From NCBI RefSeq assembly GCF_964355755.1, contig NC_092680.1, forward strand, positions 11,222,001-11,286,000: 64,000 nt of DNA, written 5' to 3'. The position numbers and the translations under genes were made by a program. How positions within the stretch are numbered: position 1 is the stretch's first letter; the number at the start of each line of letters is the position of its first letter. Under the pieces are notes generated by a model. It was not told the origin of the DNA and searched no databases. It saw only the letters and a program-made list of their open reading frames with translations. Positions 45,001 to 57,361 of the stretch are shown piece by piece. This DNA is from Antedon mediterranea. Taxonomy: Eukaryota; Animalia; Echinodermata.

Positions 45001-48000
45001 CAAATGCGATTTGAAGCTATTCTGTACACTTTGATGTTTTGTGTGAAAAAGTTTTGTCAAAATGCTCAAAATGGTCTAAAACGTTTTTAAAATGATATTT
45101 AGCTATTTTGTGCTCTTTGATTTTTTTGTGTAACCAAGTTTCATCGAAAATCACAACATGGTCTAAAACGTCTCCAAATGCGATTTGAAGCTTTTCTAAG
45201 CACTTTGGTGTTTTTATGTTAACAAGTTTTTTCGAAAATCACAAAATGGTCTAAAACGTCTCCAAATGCGATTTGAAGCTATTCTAAGTACTTTTGTGTT
45301 TTTATGTTAACAAGTTTTTTCGAAAATCACAAAATGGTCTAAAACGTCTCCAAATGCGATTTAAAGCTCTTCTGTACACTTTGATGTTTTGTGTGAAAAA
45401 GTTTTGTCGAAATGCTCAAAATGGTCTAAAACGTTTTTAAATACGATATTAAGCTATTTTGTGATCTTTGATGTTTTTGTGTGAAAAGTTTTATCGAAAT
45501 GCTCAAAATGGTCTAAAACGTTTTTAAAACGATATTAAGCTATTTTGTGCTCTTTGATGTTTTTGTGTAACCAAGTTTCATCGAAAATCACAAAATGGTC
45601 TAAAACGTCGCCAAATGCGATTTGAAGCTTTTCTAAGCACTTTGGTGTTTTTATGTTAACAAGTTTTTTCGAAAATCACAAAATGGTCTAAAACGTCTCC
45701 AAATGCGATTTGAAGATATTCTGAGCTCTTTGGTGTTTTTATGTTAAAAAGTTTTTTCGAAAATCACAAAATAGTCTAAAACGTCTCCAAATGCGATTTG
45801 AAGCTATTCTGTACACTTTGATGTTTTGTGTGAAAAAGTTTTGTCGAAATGCTCAAAATGGTCTAAAACGTTTTTAAAACGATATTAAGCTATTTTGTGC
45901 TCTTTGATGTTTTTGTGTAACCAAGTTTCATCGAAAATCACAAAATGGTCTAAAACGTCTCAAAATGCGATTTGAAGCTTTTCTAAGCACTTTGGTGTTT
46001 TTATGTTAACAAGTTTTTTCGAAAATCACGAAATGGTCTAAAATGTCTCCAAATGCGATTTGAAGATATTCTGAGCACTTTGGGGTTTTTATGTTAAAAA
46101 GTTTTTTCGAAAATCACAAAATGGTCTAAAACGTCTCCAAATGCGATTTGAAGCTCTTCTGTACACTTTGATGTTTTGTGTGAAAAAGTTTTGTCGAAAT
46201 GCTCAAAATGGTCTAAAACGTTTTTAAATACGATATTAAGCTGTTTTGTGCACTTTGATGATTTGTGTGAAAAGTTTTAACGAAATGCTCAAAATGGTCT
46301 AAAACGGTTTCTAATGTGATTTTAAGCACTTTGATGTTTTTGTGTAACCAAGTTTTTTCGAAAATCACAAAATAGTCTAAAACGTCTCCAAATGCGATTT
46401 GAAGCTTTTCTAAGCACTTTGGTGTTTTTATGTTAACAAGTTTTTTCGAAAATCACAAAATGGTCTAAAACGTCTCCAAATGCGATTTGAGGATATTCTG
46501 AGCACTTTGGTGTTTTTTTGTTAAAAAGTTTGTTCGAAAATCACAAAATGGTCTAAAACGTCTCCAAATGCGATTTGAAGCTATTCTGTACACTTTGATG
46601 TTTTGTGTGAAAAAGTTTTGTCGAAATGCTCAAAATGGTCTAAAACGTTTTTAAATACGATATTAAGCTATTTTGTGATCTTTGATGTTTTTGTGTGAAA
46701 AGTTTTATCGAAATGCTCAAAATGGTCTAAAACGGTTTCTATTGTGATTTTAAGCACTTTGATGATTTTGTGTAACCAAGTTTCATCGAAATGTACAAAA
46801 TGGTCTAAAACGTCTCCAAATGCGATTTGAAGCTATTCTGTACACTTTGATGTTTTGTGTGAAAAAGTTTTGTCGAAATGCTCAAAATGGTCTAAAACGT
46901 TTTTAAATACGATATTAAGCTATTTTGTGATCTTTGATGTTTTTGTGTGAAAAGTTTTATCGAAATGCTCAAAATGGTCTAAAACGTTTTTAAAACGATA
47001 TTAAGCTATTTTGTGCTCTTTGATGTTTTTGTGTAACCAAGTTTCATCGAAAATCACAAAATGGTCTAAAACGTCGCCAAATGCGATTTGAAGCTTTTCT
47101 AAGCACTTTGGTGTTTTTATGTTAACAAGTTTTTTCGAAAATCACAAAATGGTCTAAAACGTCTCCAAATGCGATTTGAAGATATTCTGAGCACTTTGGT
47201 GTTTTTATGTTAAAAAGTTTTTTCGAAAATCACAAAATAGTCTAAAACGTCTCCAAATGCGATTTGAAGCTATTCTGTACACTTTGATGTTTTGTGTGAA
47301 AAAGTTTTGTCGAAATGCTCAAAATGGTCTAAAACGTTTTTAAAACGATATTAAGCTATTTTGTGCTCTTTGATGTTTTTGTGTAACCAAGTTTCATCGA
47401 AAATCACAAAAAGGTCTAAAACGTCTCAAAATGCGATTTGAAGCTTTTCTAAGCACTTTGGTGTTTTTATGTTAACAAGTTTTTTCGAAAATCACGAAAT
47501 GGTCTAAAATGTCTCCAAATGCGATTTGAAGATATTCTGAGCACTAAGGTGTTTTTATGTTAAAAAGTTTTATCGAAAATCACAAAATGGTCTAAAACGT
47601 CTCCAAATGCGATTTGAAGCTCTTCTGTACACTTTGATGTTTTGTGTGAAAAAGTTTTGTCGAAATGCTCAAAATGGTCTAAAACGTTTTTAAATACGAT
47701 ATTAAGCTGTTTTGTGCACTTTGATGATTTGTGTGAAAAGTTTTAACGAAATGCTCAAAATGGTCTAAAACGGTTTCTAATGTGATTTTAAGCACTTTGA
47801 TGTTTTTGTGTAACCAAGTTTTATCGAAAATCACAAAATAGTCTAAAACGTCTCCAAATGCGATTTGAAGCTTTTCTAAGCACTTTGGTGTTTTTATGTT
47901 AACAAGTTTTTTCGAAAATCACAAAATGGTCTAAAACGTCTCCAAATGCGATTTGAGGATATTCTGAGCACTTTGGTGTTTTTTTGTTAAAAAGTTTTTT

Positions 48001-51000
48001 CGAAAATCACAAAATGGTCTAAAACGACTCCAAATGCGATTTGAAGCTATTCTGTACACTTTGATGTTTTGTGTGAAAAAGTTTTGTCGAAATGCTCAAA
48101 ATGGTCTAAAACATTTTTAAATACGATATTAAGCTATTTTGTGATCTTTGATGTTTTTGTGTGAAAAGTTTTATCCAAATGCTCAAAATGGTCTAAAACG
48201 GTTTCTATTGTGATTTTAAGCACTTTGATGATTTTGTGTAACCAAGTTTCATCGAAATGTACAAAATGGTCTAAAACGTCTCCAAATGCGATTTGAAGCT
48301 ATTCTAAGTACTTTTGTGTTTTTATGTTAACAAGTTTTTTCGAAAATCACAAAATGGTCTAAAACGTCTTCAAATGCGATTTGAAGCTATTCTGTACACT
48401 TTGATGTTTTGTGTGAAAAAGTTTTGTCAAAATGCTCAAAATGGTCTAAAACGTTTTTAAAACGATATTTAGCTATTTTGTGCTCTTTGATGTTTTTGTG
48501 TAACCAAGTTTCATCGAAAATCACAACATGGTCTAAAACGTCTCCAAATGCGATTTGAAGCTTTTCTAAGCACTTTTGTGTTTTTATGTTAACAAGTTTT
48601 TTCGAAAATCACAAAATGGTCTAAAACGTCTCCAAATGCGATTTGAAGCTCTTCTGTACACTTTGATGTTTTGTTTGAAAAAGTTTTGTCGAAATTCTCA
48701 AAATGGTCTAAAACGTTTTTAAATACGATATTAAGCTGTTTTGTGCACTTTGATGATTTGTGTGAAAAGTTTTAACGAAATGCTCAAAATGGTCTAAAAC
48801 GGTTTCTAATGTGATTTTAAGCACTTTGATGTTTTTGTGTAACCAAGTTTTTTCGAAAATCACAAAATAGTCTAAAACGTCTCCAAATGCGATTTGAAGC
48901 TTTTCTAAGCACTTTGGTGTTTTTATGTTAACAAGTTTTTTCGAAAATCACAAAATGGTCTAAAACGTCTCCAAATGCGATTTGAAGCTATTCTAAGTAC
49001 TTTTGTGTTTTTATGTTAACAAGTTTTTTCGAAAATCACAAAATGGTCTAAAACGTCTCCAAATGCGATTTAAAGCTCTTCTGTACACTTTGATGTTTTG
49101 TGTGAAAAAGTTTTGTCGAAATGCTCAAAATGGTCTAAAACGTTTTCAAATACGATATTAAGCTGTTTTGTGCACTTTGATGATTTGTGTGAAAAGTTTT
49201 AACGAAATGCTCAAAATGGTCTAAAACGGTTTCTAATGTGATTTTAAGCACTTTGGTGTTTTTATGTTAACAAGTTTTTTCGAAAATCACAAAATGGTCT
49301 AAAACGTCTCCAAATGCGATTTGAAGCTATTCTGTACACTTTGATGTTTTGTGTGAAAAAGTTTTGTCGAAATGCTCAAAATGGTCTAAAACGTTTTTAA
49401 ATACGATATTAAGCTATTTTGTGATCTTTGATGTTTTTGTGTGAAAAGTTTTATCGAAATGCTCAAAATGGTCTAAAACGTTTTTAAAACGATATTAAGC
49501 TATTTTGTGCTCTTTGATGTTTTTGTGTAACCAAGTTTCATCGAAAATCACAAAATGGTCTAAAACGTCGCCAAATGCGATTTGAAGCTTTTCTAAGCAC
49601 TTTGGTGTTTTTATGTTAACAAGTTTTTTCGAAAATCACAAAATGGTCTAAAACGTCTCCAAATGCGATTTGAAGATATTCTGAGCTCTTTGGTGTTTTT
49701 ATGTTAAAAAGTTTTTTCGAAAATCACAAAATAGTCTAAAACGTCTCCAAATGCGATTTGAAGCTATTCTGTACACTTTGATGTTTTGTGTGAAAAAGTT
49801 TTGTCGAAATGCTCAAAATGGTCTAAAACGTTTTTAAAACGATATTAAGCTATTTTGTGCTCTTTGATGTTTTTGTGTAACCAAGTTTCATCGAAAATCA
49901 CAAAATGGTCTAAAACGTCTCAAAATGCGATTTGAAGCTTTTCTAAGCACTTTGGTGTTTTTATGTTAACAAGTTTTTTCGAAAATCACGAAATGGTCTA
50001 AAATGTCTCCAAATGCGATTTGAAGATATTCTGAGCACTTTGGGGTTTTTATGTTAAAAAGTTTTTTCGAAAATCACAAAATGGTCTAAAACGTCTCCAA
50101 ATGCGATTTGAAGCTCTTCTGTACACTTTGATGTTTTGTGTGAAAAAGTTTTGTCGAAATGCTCAAAATGGTCTAAAACGTTTTTAAATACGATATTAAG
50201 CTGTTTTGTGCACTTTGATGATTTGTGTGAAAAGTTTTAACGAAATGCTCAAAATGGTCTAAAACGGTTTCTAATGTGATTTTAAGCACTTTGATGTTTT
50301 TGTGTAACCAAGTTTTTTCGAAAATCACAAAATAGTCTAAAACGTCTCCAAATGCGATTTGAAGCTTTTCTAAGCACTTTGGTGTTTTTATGTTAACAAG
50401 TTTTTTCGAAAATCACAAAATGGTCTAAAACGTCTCCAAATGCGATTTGAGGATATTCTGAGCACTTTGGTGTTTTTTTGTTAAAAAGTTTGTTCGAAAA
50501 TCACAAAATGGTCTAAAACGTCTCCAAATGCGATTTGAAGCTATTCTGTACACTTTGATGTTTTGTGTGAAAAAGTTTTGTCGAAATGCTCAAAATGGTC
50601 TAAAACGTTTTTAAATACGATATTAAGCTATTTTGTGATCTTTGATGTTTTTGTGTGAAAAGTTTTATCGAAATGCTCAAAATGGTCTAAAACGGTTTCT
50701 ATTGTGATTTTAAGCACTTTGATGATTTTGTGTAACCAAGTTTCATCGAAATGTACAAAATGGTCTAAAACGTCTCCAAATGCGATTTGAAGCTATTCTA
50801 AGTACTTTTGTGTTTTTATGTTAACAAGTTTTTTCGAAAATCACAAAATCGTCTAAAACGTCTTCAAATGCGATTTGAAGCTATTCTGTACATTTTGATG
50901 TTTTGTGTGAAAAAGTTTTGTCAAAATGCTCAAAATGGTCTAAAACGTTTTTAAAACGATATTAAGCTATTTTGTGCTTTTTGATGTTTTTGTGTAACCA

Positions 51001-53328
51001 AGTTTCATCGAAAATCACAAAATGGTCTAAAACGTCTCCAAATGCGATTTGAAGCTTTTCTAAGCACTTTGGTGTTTTTATGTTAACAAGTTTTTTCGAA
51101 AATCACAAAATGGTCTAAAACGTCTCCAAATGCAATTTGAAGCTCTTCTGTACACTTTGATGTTTTGTTTGAAAAAGTTTTGTCGAAATTCTCAAAATGG
51201 TCTAAAACGTTTTTAAATACGATATTAAGCTGTTTTGTGCACTTTGACGATTTGTGTGAAAAGTTTTAACGAAATGCTCAAAATGGTCTAAAACGGTTTC
51301 TAATGTGATTTTAAGCACTTTGATGTTTTTGTGTAACCAAGTTTTATCGAAAATCACAAAATAGTCTAAAACGTCTCCAAATGCGATTTGAAGCTTTTCT
51401 AAGCACTTTGGTGTTTTTATGTTAACAAGTTTTTTCGAAAATCACAAAATGGTCTAAAACGTCTCCAAATGCGATTTGAAGCTATTCTAAGTACTTTTGT
51501 GTTTTTATGTTAACAAGTTTTTTCGAAAATCACAAAATGGTCTAAAACGTCTTCAAATGCGATTTGAAGCTATTCTGTACACTTTGATGTTTTGTGTGAA
51601 AAAGTTTTGTCAAAATGCTCAAAATGGTCTAAAACGTTTTTAAAACGATATTAAGCTATTTTGTGCTCTTTGATGTTTTTGTGTAACCAAGTTTCATCGA
51701 AAATCACAAAATGGTCTAAAACGTCTCCAAATGCGATTTGAAGCTTTTCTAAGCACTTTGGTGTTTTTATGTTAACAAGTTTTTTCGAAAATCACAAAAT
51801 GGTCTAAATCGTCTCCAAATGCGATTTGAAGCTCTACTGTACACTTTGATGTTTTGTTTGAAAAAGTTTTGTCGAAATTCTCAAAATGGTCTAAAACGTT
51901 TTTAAATACGATATTAAGCTGTTTTGTGCACTTTGATGATTTGTGTGAAAAGTTTTAACGAAATGCTCAAAATGGTCTAAAACGGTTTCTAATGTGATTT
52001 TAAGCACTTTGATGTTTTTGTGTAACCAAGTTTTTTCGAAAATCACAAAATAGTCTAAAACGTCTCCAAATGCGATTTGAAGCTTTTCTAAGCACTTTGG
52101 TGTTTTTATGTTAACAAGTTTTTTCGAAAATCACAAAATGGTCGAAAACGTCTCAAAATGCGATTTGAGGATATTCTGAGCACTTTGGTGTTTTTTTGTT
52201 AAAAAGTTTTTTCGAAAATCACAAAATGGTCTAAAACGTCTCCAAATGCGATTTGAAGCTATTCTGTACACTTTGATGTTTTGTGTGAAAAAGTTTTGTC
52301 GAAATGCTCAAAATGGTCTAAAACGTTTTTAAATACGATATTAAGCTATTTTGTGATCTTTGATGTTTTTGTGTGAAAAGTTTTATCGAAATGCTCAAAA
52401 TGGTCTAAAACGTTTTTAAAACGATATTAAGCTATTTTGTGCTCTTTGATGTTTTTGTGTAACCAAGTTTCATCGAAAATCACAAAATGGTCTAAAACGT
52501 CGCCAAATGCGATTTGAAGCTATTCTGTACACTTTGATGTTTTGTGTGAAAAAGTTTTGTCGAAATGCTCAAAATGGTCTAAAACGTTTTTAAAACGATA
52601 TTAAGCTATTTTGTGCTCTTTGATGTTTTTGTGTAACCAAGTTTCATCGAAAATCACAAAATGGTCTAAAACGTCTCCAAATGCGATTTGAAGCTTTTCT
52701 AAGCACTTTGGTGTTTTTATGTTAACAAGTTTTTTCGAAAATCACAAAATGGTCTAAAACGTCTCCAAATGCGATTTGAAGCTCTTCTGTACACTTTGAT
52801 GTTTTGTTTGAAAAAGTTTTGTCGAAATTTTCAAAATGGTCTAAAACGTTTTTAAATACGATATTAAGCTGTTTTGTGCACTTTGATGATTTGTGTGAAA
52901 AGTTTTAACGAAATGCTCAAAATGGTCAAAAACGGTTTCTAATGTGATTTTAAGCACTTTGATGTTTTTGTGTAACCAAGTTTTTTCAAAAATTTCAAAA
53001 TGGTCTAAAACGTCTCCAAATGCGATTTGAAGCTTTTCTAAGCACTTTGGTGTTTTTATGTTAACAAGTTTTTTCGAAAATCACAAAATGGTCTAAAACG
53101 TCTCCAAATGCGATTTGAAGATATTCTGAGCACTTTGGTGTTTTTATGTTAAAAAGTTTTTTCGAAAATCACAAAATAGTCTAAAACGTCTCCAAATGCG
53201 ATTTGAAGCTATTCTGTACACTTTGATGTTTTGTGTGAAAAAGTTTTGTCGAAATGCTCAAAATGGTCTAAAACGTTTTTAAAACGATATTATTAAGCTA
53301 TTTTGTGCTCTTTGATGTTTTTGTGTAA
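1..53328 (+). repeat. Satellite DNA array with ~87-88 bp monomer (78 and 85-86 bp variants), about 620 copies; putatively (peri)centromeric
   Basis: The GGTCT anchor (in AAAATGGTCTAAAACG, occasionally variant) occurs at 24, 111, 198, 276, 364, 451, 538, 626, 714, 802, 889, 974 and 1052, giving spacings 87, 87, 78, 88, 87, 87, 88, 88, 88, 87, 85, 78. It continues head-to-tail in one orientation to ...TTGTGTAA at 53328. Copy number is estimated as length/86. Confidence 0.98.
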
Positions 53329-53904
53329 AACACGATTTTGTGCCATAACGGATTTCTACAATCCGCATTATTTATAGAATTTTCCTAAAAAAAAGCTATC
53401 ATTAGAATTAAAAATATTATTTGAAAAAACAGATGTGGTTGTAAGATTTGTTTAATTATTGAGAAACATACAGTTTGATAATGTCAGCCATAATGTACAT
53501 TATGGTAAATATTTTAGACATAGAAAAAGATCAATAAAATAGATCGACAATATGCAAATCCTTGTTTATTCTATAAATTTATAATTCGCTATCCTTTTTA
53601 TAATTATAGAAAAAAACATACTAGCTTTTTTAGGTTAAAATATACTGTCCGTTTTCCAAAACAACAATAGACATTACACAATGAGTTTTGTTCGGATTAT
53701 GAGCTTCTTATTTAAACTAGGTTTAATGTGCAGAAACTACTTTATTTAATAAAAAAATAAATGGTATGGGCCAAAAAAATCTTTATAATGTCCATTTTTT
53801 TCGCGAAGTACACACAAAGCAAAGAAAACAAATTTTAATAACTGCAGAATATTTTTAATTTTTAATCATTCATTGTTTTAATACAACTTTACTATAAAGT
53901 TCAT

Positions 53905-54510
53905 CTACATGGTCATAAACATTATGACTACAGTATGGTTGAGCTATTGTTATAAAAACTACATGGTCATAAACTTGACTACAGTATATGGTTGAGCTAC
54001 TGTTATAAAAACTACACGGTCATAAACTTTATGACTACAGTATATGGTTGAGCTATTGTTATATAAACTACATGGTCATAAACATTATGACTACAGTATA
54101 TGGTTGAGCTATTGTTATATAAACTACATGGTCATAAACTTTATGACTACAGTATATGGTTGAGCTATTGTTATATAAACTACATGGTCATAAACTTTAT
54201 GACTACAGTATATGATTGAGCTATTGTTATACAAACTACATGGTCATAAACATTATGACTACAGTATATGGTTGAGCTATTGTTATATAAACTACATGGT
54301 CATAAACTTTATGACTACAGTATATGGTTGAGCTATTGTTATATAAACTACATGGTCATAAACTTTATGACTACAGTATATTGTTGAGCTACTGTTATAC
54401 AAACTAGATGGTCATAAACTTTATGACTACAGTATATGGTTGAGCTATTGTTATATAAACTACATGGTCATAAACTTGACTACAGTATATGGTTGAGCTA
54501 CGGTTATATA
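53905..54510. repeat. 56 bp minisatellite, about 11 copies
   Basis: Unit ACTACATGGTCATAAACTTTATGACTACAGTATATGGTTGAGCTATTGTTATATAA starts at ~53905, 53958, 54011, 54067, 54123, 54179, 54235, 54291, 54347, 54403 and 54459. Confidence 0.95.
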
Positions 54511-54622
54511 CAATTATGAAATTGGTTGAAAATTAAATAATTTTTTTAGATTCATTATACATGTAAAATTCCATTAATGTGCACCCTATTGTGACAACCA
54601 GTGAGTTGTAAAACTCCCTGCA

Positions 54623-54952
54623 TTAACTTTCATTTAAAAAGTCATCTCTTAATTCTTTTAATTTAACAATAACATTGGTAGGCAATCTACTAGTTGGTGT
54701 TAAATTAAATATACTTATCACCTCCTCCTTCGATATTATTTCTCGCCATTCTTGTCCATCTTTTTCACACAGAACAAACCGGGAAGTATACGTTCCAGTG
54801 TACCACACTACTTCTACCTCATTGTTATTTATGCTGAATATTTTGCCTATCTGAGGCCATTCTGTGGGATATCTCCTTAAAGCTGTTGCTACCATAGCAC
54901 CAACATCGAGTTGCTGTGGTGGCTTACGCTTCGAAAATTTACCAATGTGTAC
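54623..54952 (-). CDS. Transposase terminal exon: small beta-rich C-terminal domain (VHIGKFSKRKPPQQLDVGAMVA...WPQIGKI...VEVVWYTGTY...RLP)
   Basis: Acceptor CTAG|GTA at 54953/54952. The exon is 330 bp, phase 0, and in frame with ORF 54623..54895 through to the stop codon. Confidence 0.75.
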   Translation of the reverse strand, partial: VHIGKFSKRKPPQQLDVGAMVATALRRYPTEWPQIGKIFSINNNEVEVVWYTGTYTSRFVLCEKDGQEWREIISKEEVISIFNLTPTSRLPTNVIVKLKELRDDFLNES

Positions 54953-55145
54953 CTAGTAGTGTGGGAGAAAGCATAGAAAAGTCATAATCATTTTTCTTAC
55001 AACCCTAAAAATATAGAATTTTCGTTGATGCATTTGCTTGATGCGATTATGAGATCATATCCCAAATATAAGCACTGCTTTAAACTATGTTGCATTACAT
55101 GTTTCAAAGATGTAATTTTGAAAATCTATAATATCTTTATCATAC

Positions 55146-55273
55146 CGGTCTTATTTCATTTTCATTATCCGAGTCACTAATGTCTGTCTCGTTTCCATCA
55201 GATTCCTCCCTCATAGGGCTTGCATTGTTGTCATTAAAAATGATGTCATGGAGCAAAAATCGCTGTTCATTTC
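55146..55273 (-). CDS. Transposase exon, acidic linker (NEQRFLLHDIIFNDNNASPMREESDGNETDISDSDNENEIRP)
   Basis: TTTTAAG| acceptor and CCG|GTATG donor. The exon is 128 bp, phase 1 in and phase 0 out, matching both neighbours, with no stops. Confidence 0.7.
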
Positions 55274-55678
55274 CTTAAAAAAAAAGAGTACGTATTAGTT
55301 TTAAAAAGTAAATAATATACATTCATACAAAATATCATGATATATTTATGCTGAGGTGTTTGTTGCATAAAAGCTGGGCCAATACATTGCACACCATGCT
55401 GATTGATTGATTTTATCTTATGAATTAATCAGGAGGCATGTTTCTCCAGTGTACTCCACTAGATATCGTTCATGTTATTTGATAATTTTAGGTTCTCACA
55501 TAAAATGATCAGTGGAAGCATGCATTGGTGAATGTGACCCAACATAGTTGTGTGGAGTAAATAGTTGAATTTTGTTATAGCTGCTGAATCTATACTAAAA
55601 TCAAAATTCTCTTGTTAACCAAAAAATATATGTGTAAAATGGTGAAACATCACACATGCAATGTAGTACAGTACATAC

Positions 55679-56185
55679 CTTCTGTGATCTCTTCTATATT
55701 ATTTAAAAATTCCTCCCACCAGTCACGTTCTTCTATTCGCAAAAAATTTGCAACAGACTTTTTAACTTTGGTATATCTGCATTACTAAAATCAGGAGTAC
55801 ACAACACTGGTATATCAGCAGGGCTTTCCTTGAGCAAATATGGAAGTGTGTCCATTTCTCTTGCACATTCACACCAAGTACAATCCGTTGACCAGTTCTT
55901 ATAGGACATGATGCATTTTCCGGTTTGAGCCAAAACAAACTTAAACTGGTGTGGTTTGCTGTGGTAACGTATGTCTTGCATGTATGGTACTAACCAGTTC
56001 TTAATGTCATGCAGATAGGAAATGATACTTGATGTAATCGGCAACTTTTTGTACGAGTTTTCAACAGCACTTCGAAGATGATCAAGTGTAGATGCTCTAT
56101 ATTTGTTCAGGTATTTGGCCACACATGAAAATAATTGGTCAATATCCTCGTGAGTGTGACCCACCATTAAAAACCCAATCTTTAT
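55679..56185 (-). CDS. Transposase catalytic exon 2 (IKIGFLMVGHTHEDIDQLFS ... frameshift ... ERDWWEEFLNNIEEITE)
   Basis: TTTTCAG|ATA acceptor and GAAG|GTATGT donor. The exon is 507 bp where 508 is needed for phase. The frame switches around 55741-55763. Confidence 0.85.
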
Positions 56186-56359
56186 CTGAAAGAGTAAAAG
56201 AAGTAATGATTTAAAATTAAAACTTTTCAAAGCAAAATAAAAAAAATACATTTTTAGTATATTTCCATTTTTTCCTCATCTAGTTAGACTAGAATGTTAT
56301 TGAATATTTTATGTCTTAATAGATAATTACCAATAGTAAATTAATTACTGTCCTATTAG

Positions 56360-56455
56360 GCTGGTGGAAATCACCCAACACAGGGGATATTTTGTGGTGA
56401 ACGAGAACAGGGTAAATGAATGATGAACTGGGTTCTTTAAAGTGCACTGTGTATA
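56360..56455. mobile_element. Possible SINE fragment in an intron
   Basis: A GC-richer patch in an AT-rich intron ending GAACTGGGTTCTTTAAAGTGCAC. It resembles from memory a GGGTTCTTTAACGTGCAC core of invertebrate tRNA-derived SINEs. No A/B boxes or TSD were seen. Confidence 0.25.
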
Positions 56456-56500
56456 ATGTTTTATTATTTATATATCATTTATAAATGTATAGTCATTTAC

Positions 56501-56891
56501 CTTTCGAAAAATCTTTAACTCTACAAGAAGAGCACATAGGGCAAAAACAAATCTGTTTTTATTATCCTTTCCGCTATTGTCCAACTGCAGATATAAGACT
56601 GGTGGTAGAGGTTGTATCTCTGACAGCACCGTCAGTATAATGTTGCAGGTTAGGTTTGAGTCATGTGGAAACTGCTTTAGGTCAATGAAGCAGTGCCCAT
56701 GTCGTCCATGTACCAGAACACCAGTTACATGTGTGGCTAGTTTCCACATCTTCGACGTTTCTTTTGATTCGCAAGCAAAAGATGGTAAATCAGTCTTGCT
56801 TTGGTCCATTCCATCGATAATTATTGACAAATACTTGTTGGGATTCTGTCTTGCTTTCTGCATATGTTTATAGTACTTTCGACGTTCAATA
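56501..56891 (-). CDS. Transposase catalytic exon 1 (IERRKYYKHMQKA...SIIIDGMDQSKT...LYLQLDNSGKDNKNRFVFA...KIFRK)
   Basis: TTTTCAG| acceptor and AAG|GTAAAT donor. The exon is 391 bp, phase 2 in and phase 0 out, and carries the first two putative catalytic Asp motifs. Confidence 0.88.
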
Positions 56892-57361
56892 CTGAAAAAT
56901 TAAAATCATATGTTTATAGTTTTATTTTGCATTTAATAATAAATTTTTGTTTTGTTTAGTTATATGTTATCTATTAGCCGATGACAAGATGAGACAATGC
57001 TTTACTTCTAATCTATTAAAATTATTGATTAAATAGAGGTTTTTTGTATAATAATGATTTTGTTTATCTTTTCTCTTTTTTTGTTTACAACCACTTTTAT
57101 TCATTCATTGTTCATACACAATAATTATTTTCATTTTCTACCATTTTTCCCCGTTATTTTCTGTTTTATTTCAATCACTCTTAATTTTATTAAGTTAGAA
57201 TTATTTTTAAAAACACTAATAATACTATAGAGGAGGTATACAGTGGAAGCAATAATTATTTTTCCTATCTATGGTAATACCGGGTATACAAGTTCAACAG
57301 AATTTCTTGTTGAAAGGTTTAAACTACTGGTTTTGTACACAAAATAGGTAGGCATACTTAC

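Noticed and set aside
1-53328. CRISPR-like array: the anchor's reverse complement GTTTTAGACC resembles the start of type II CRISPR repeats, with regular spacing
   Set aside because: The intervening sequences are homologous, recurring monomer variants rather than unique spacers. There are no cas genes, and the neighbouring gene has spliceosomal introns.
56577-56873. Plus-strand 98 aa ORF
   Set aside because: Antisense shadow of the transposase catalytic exon.
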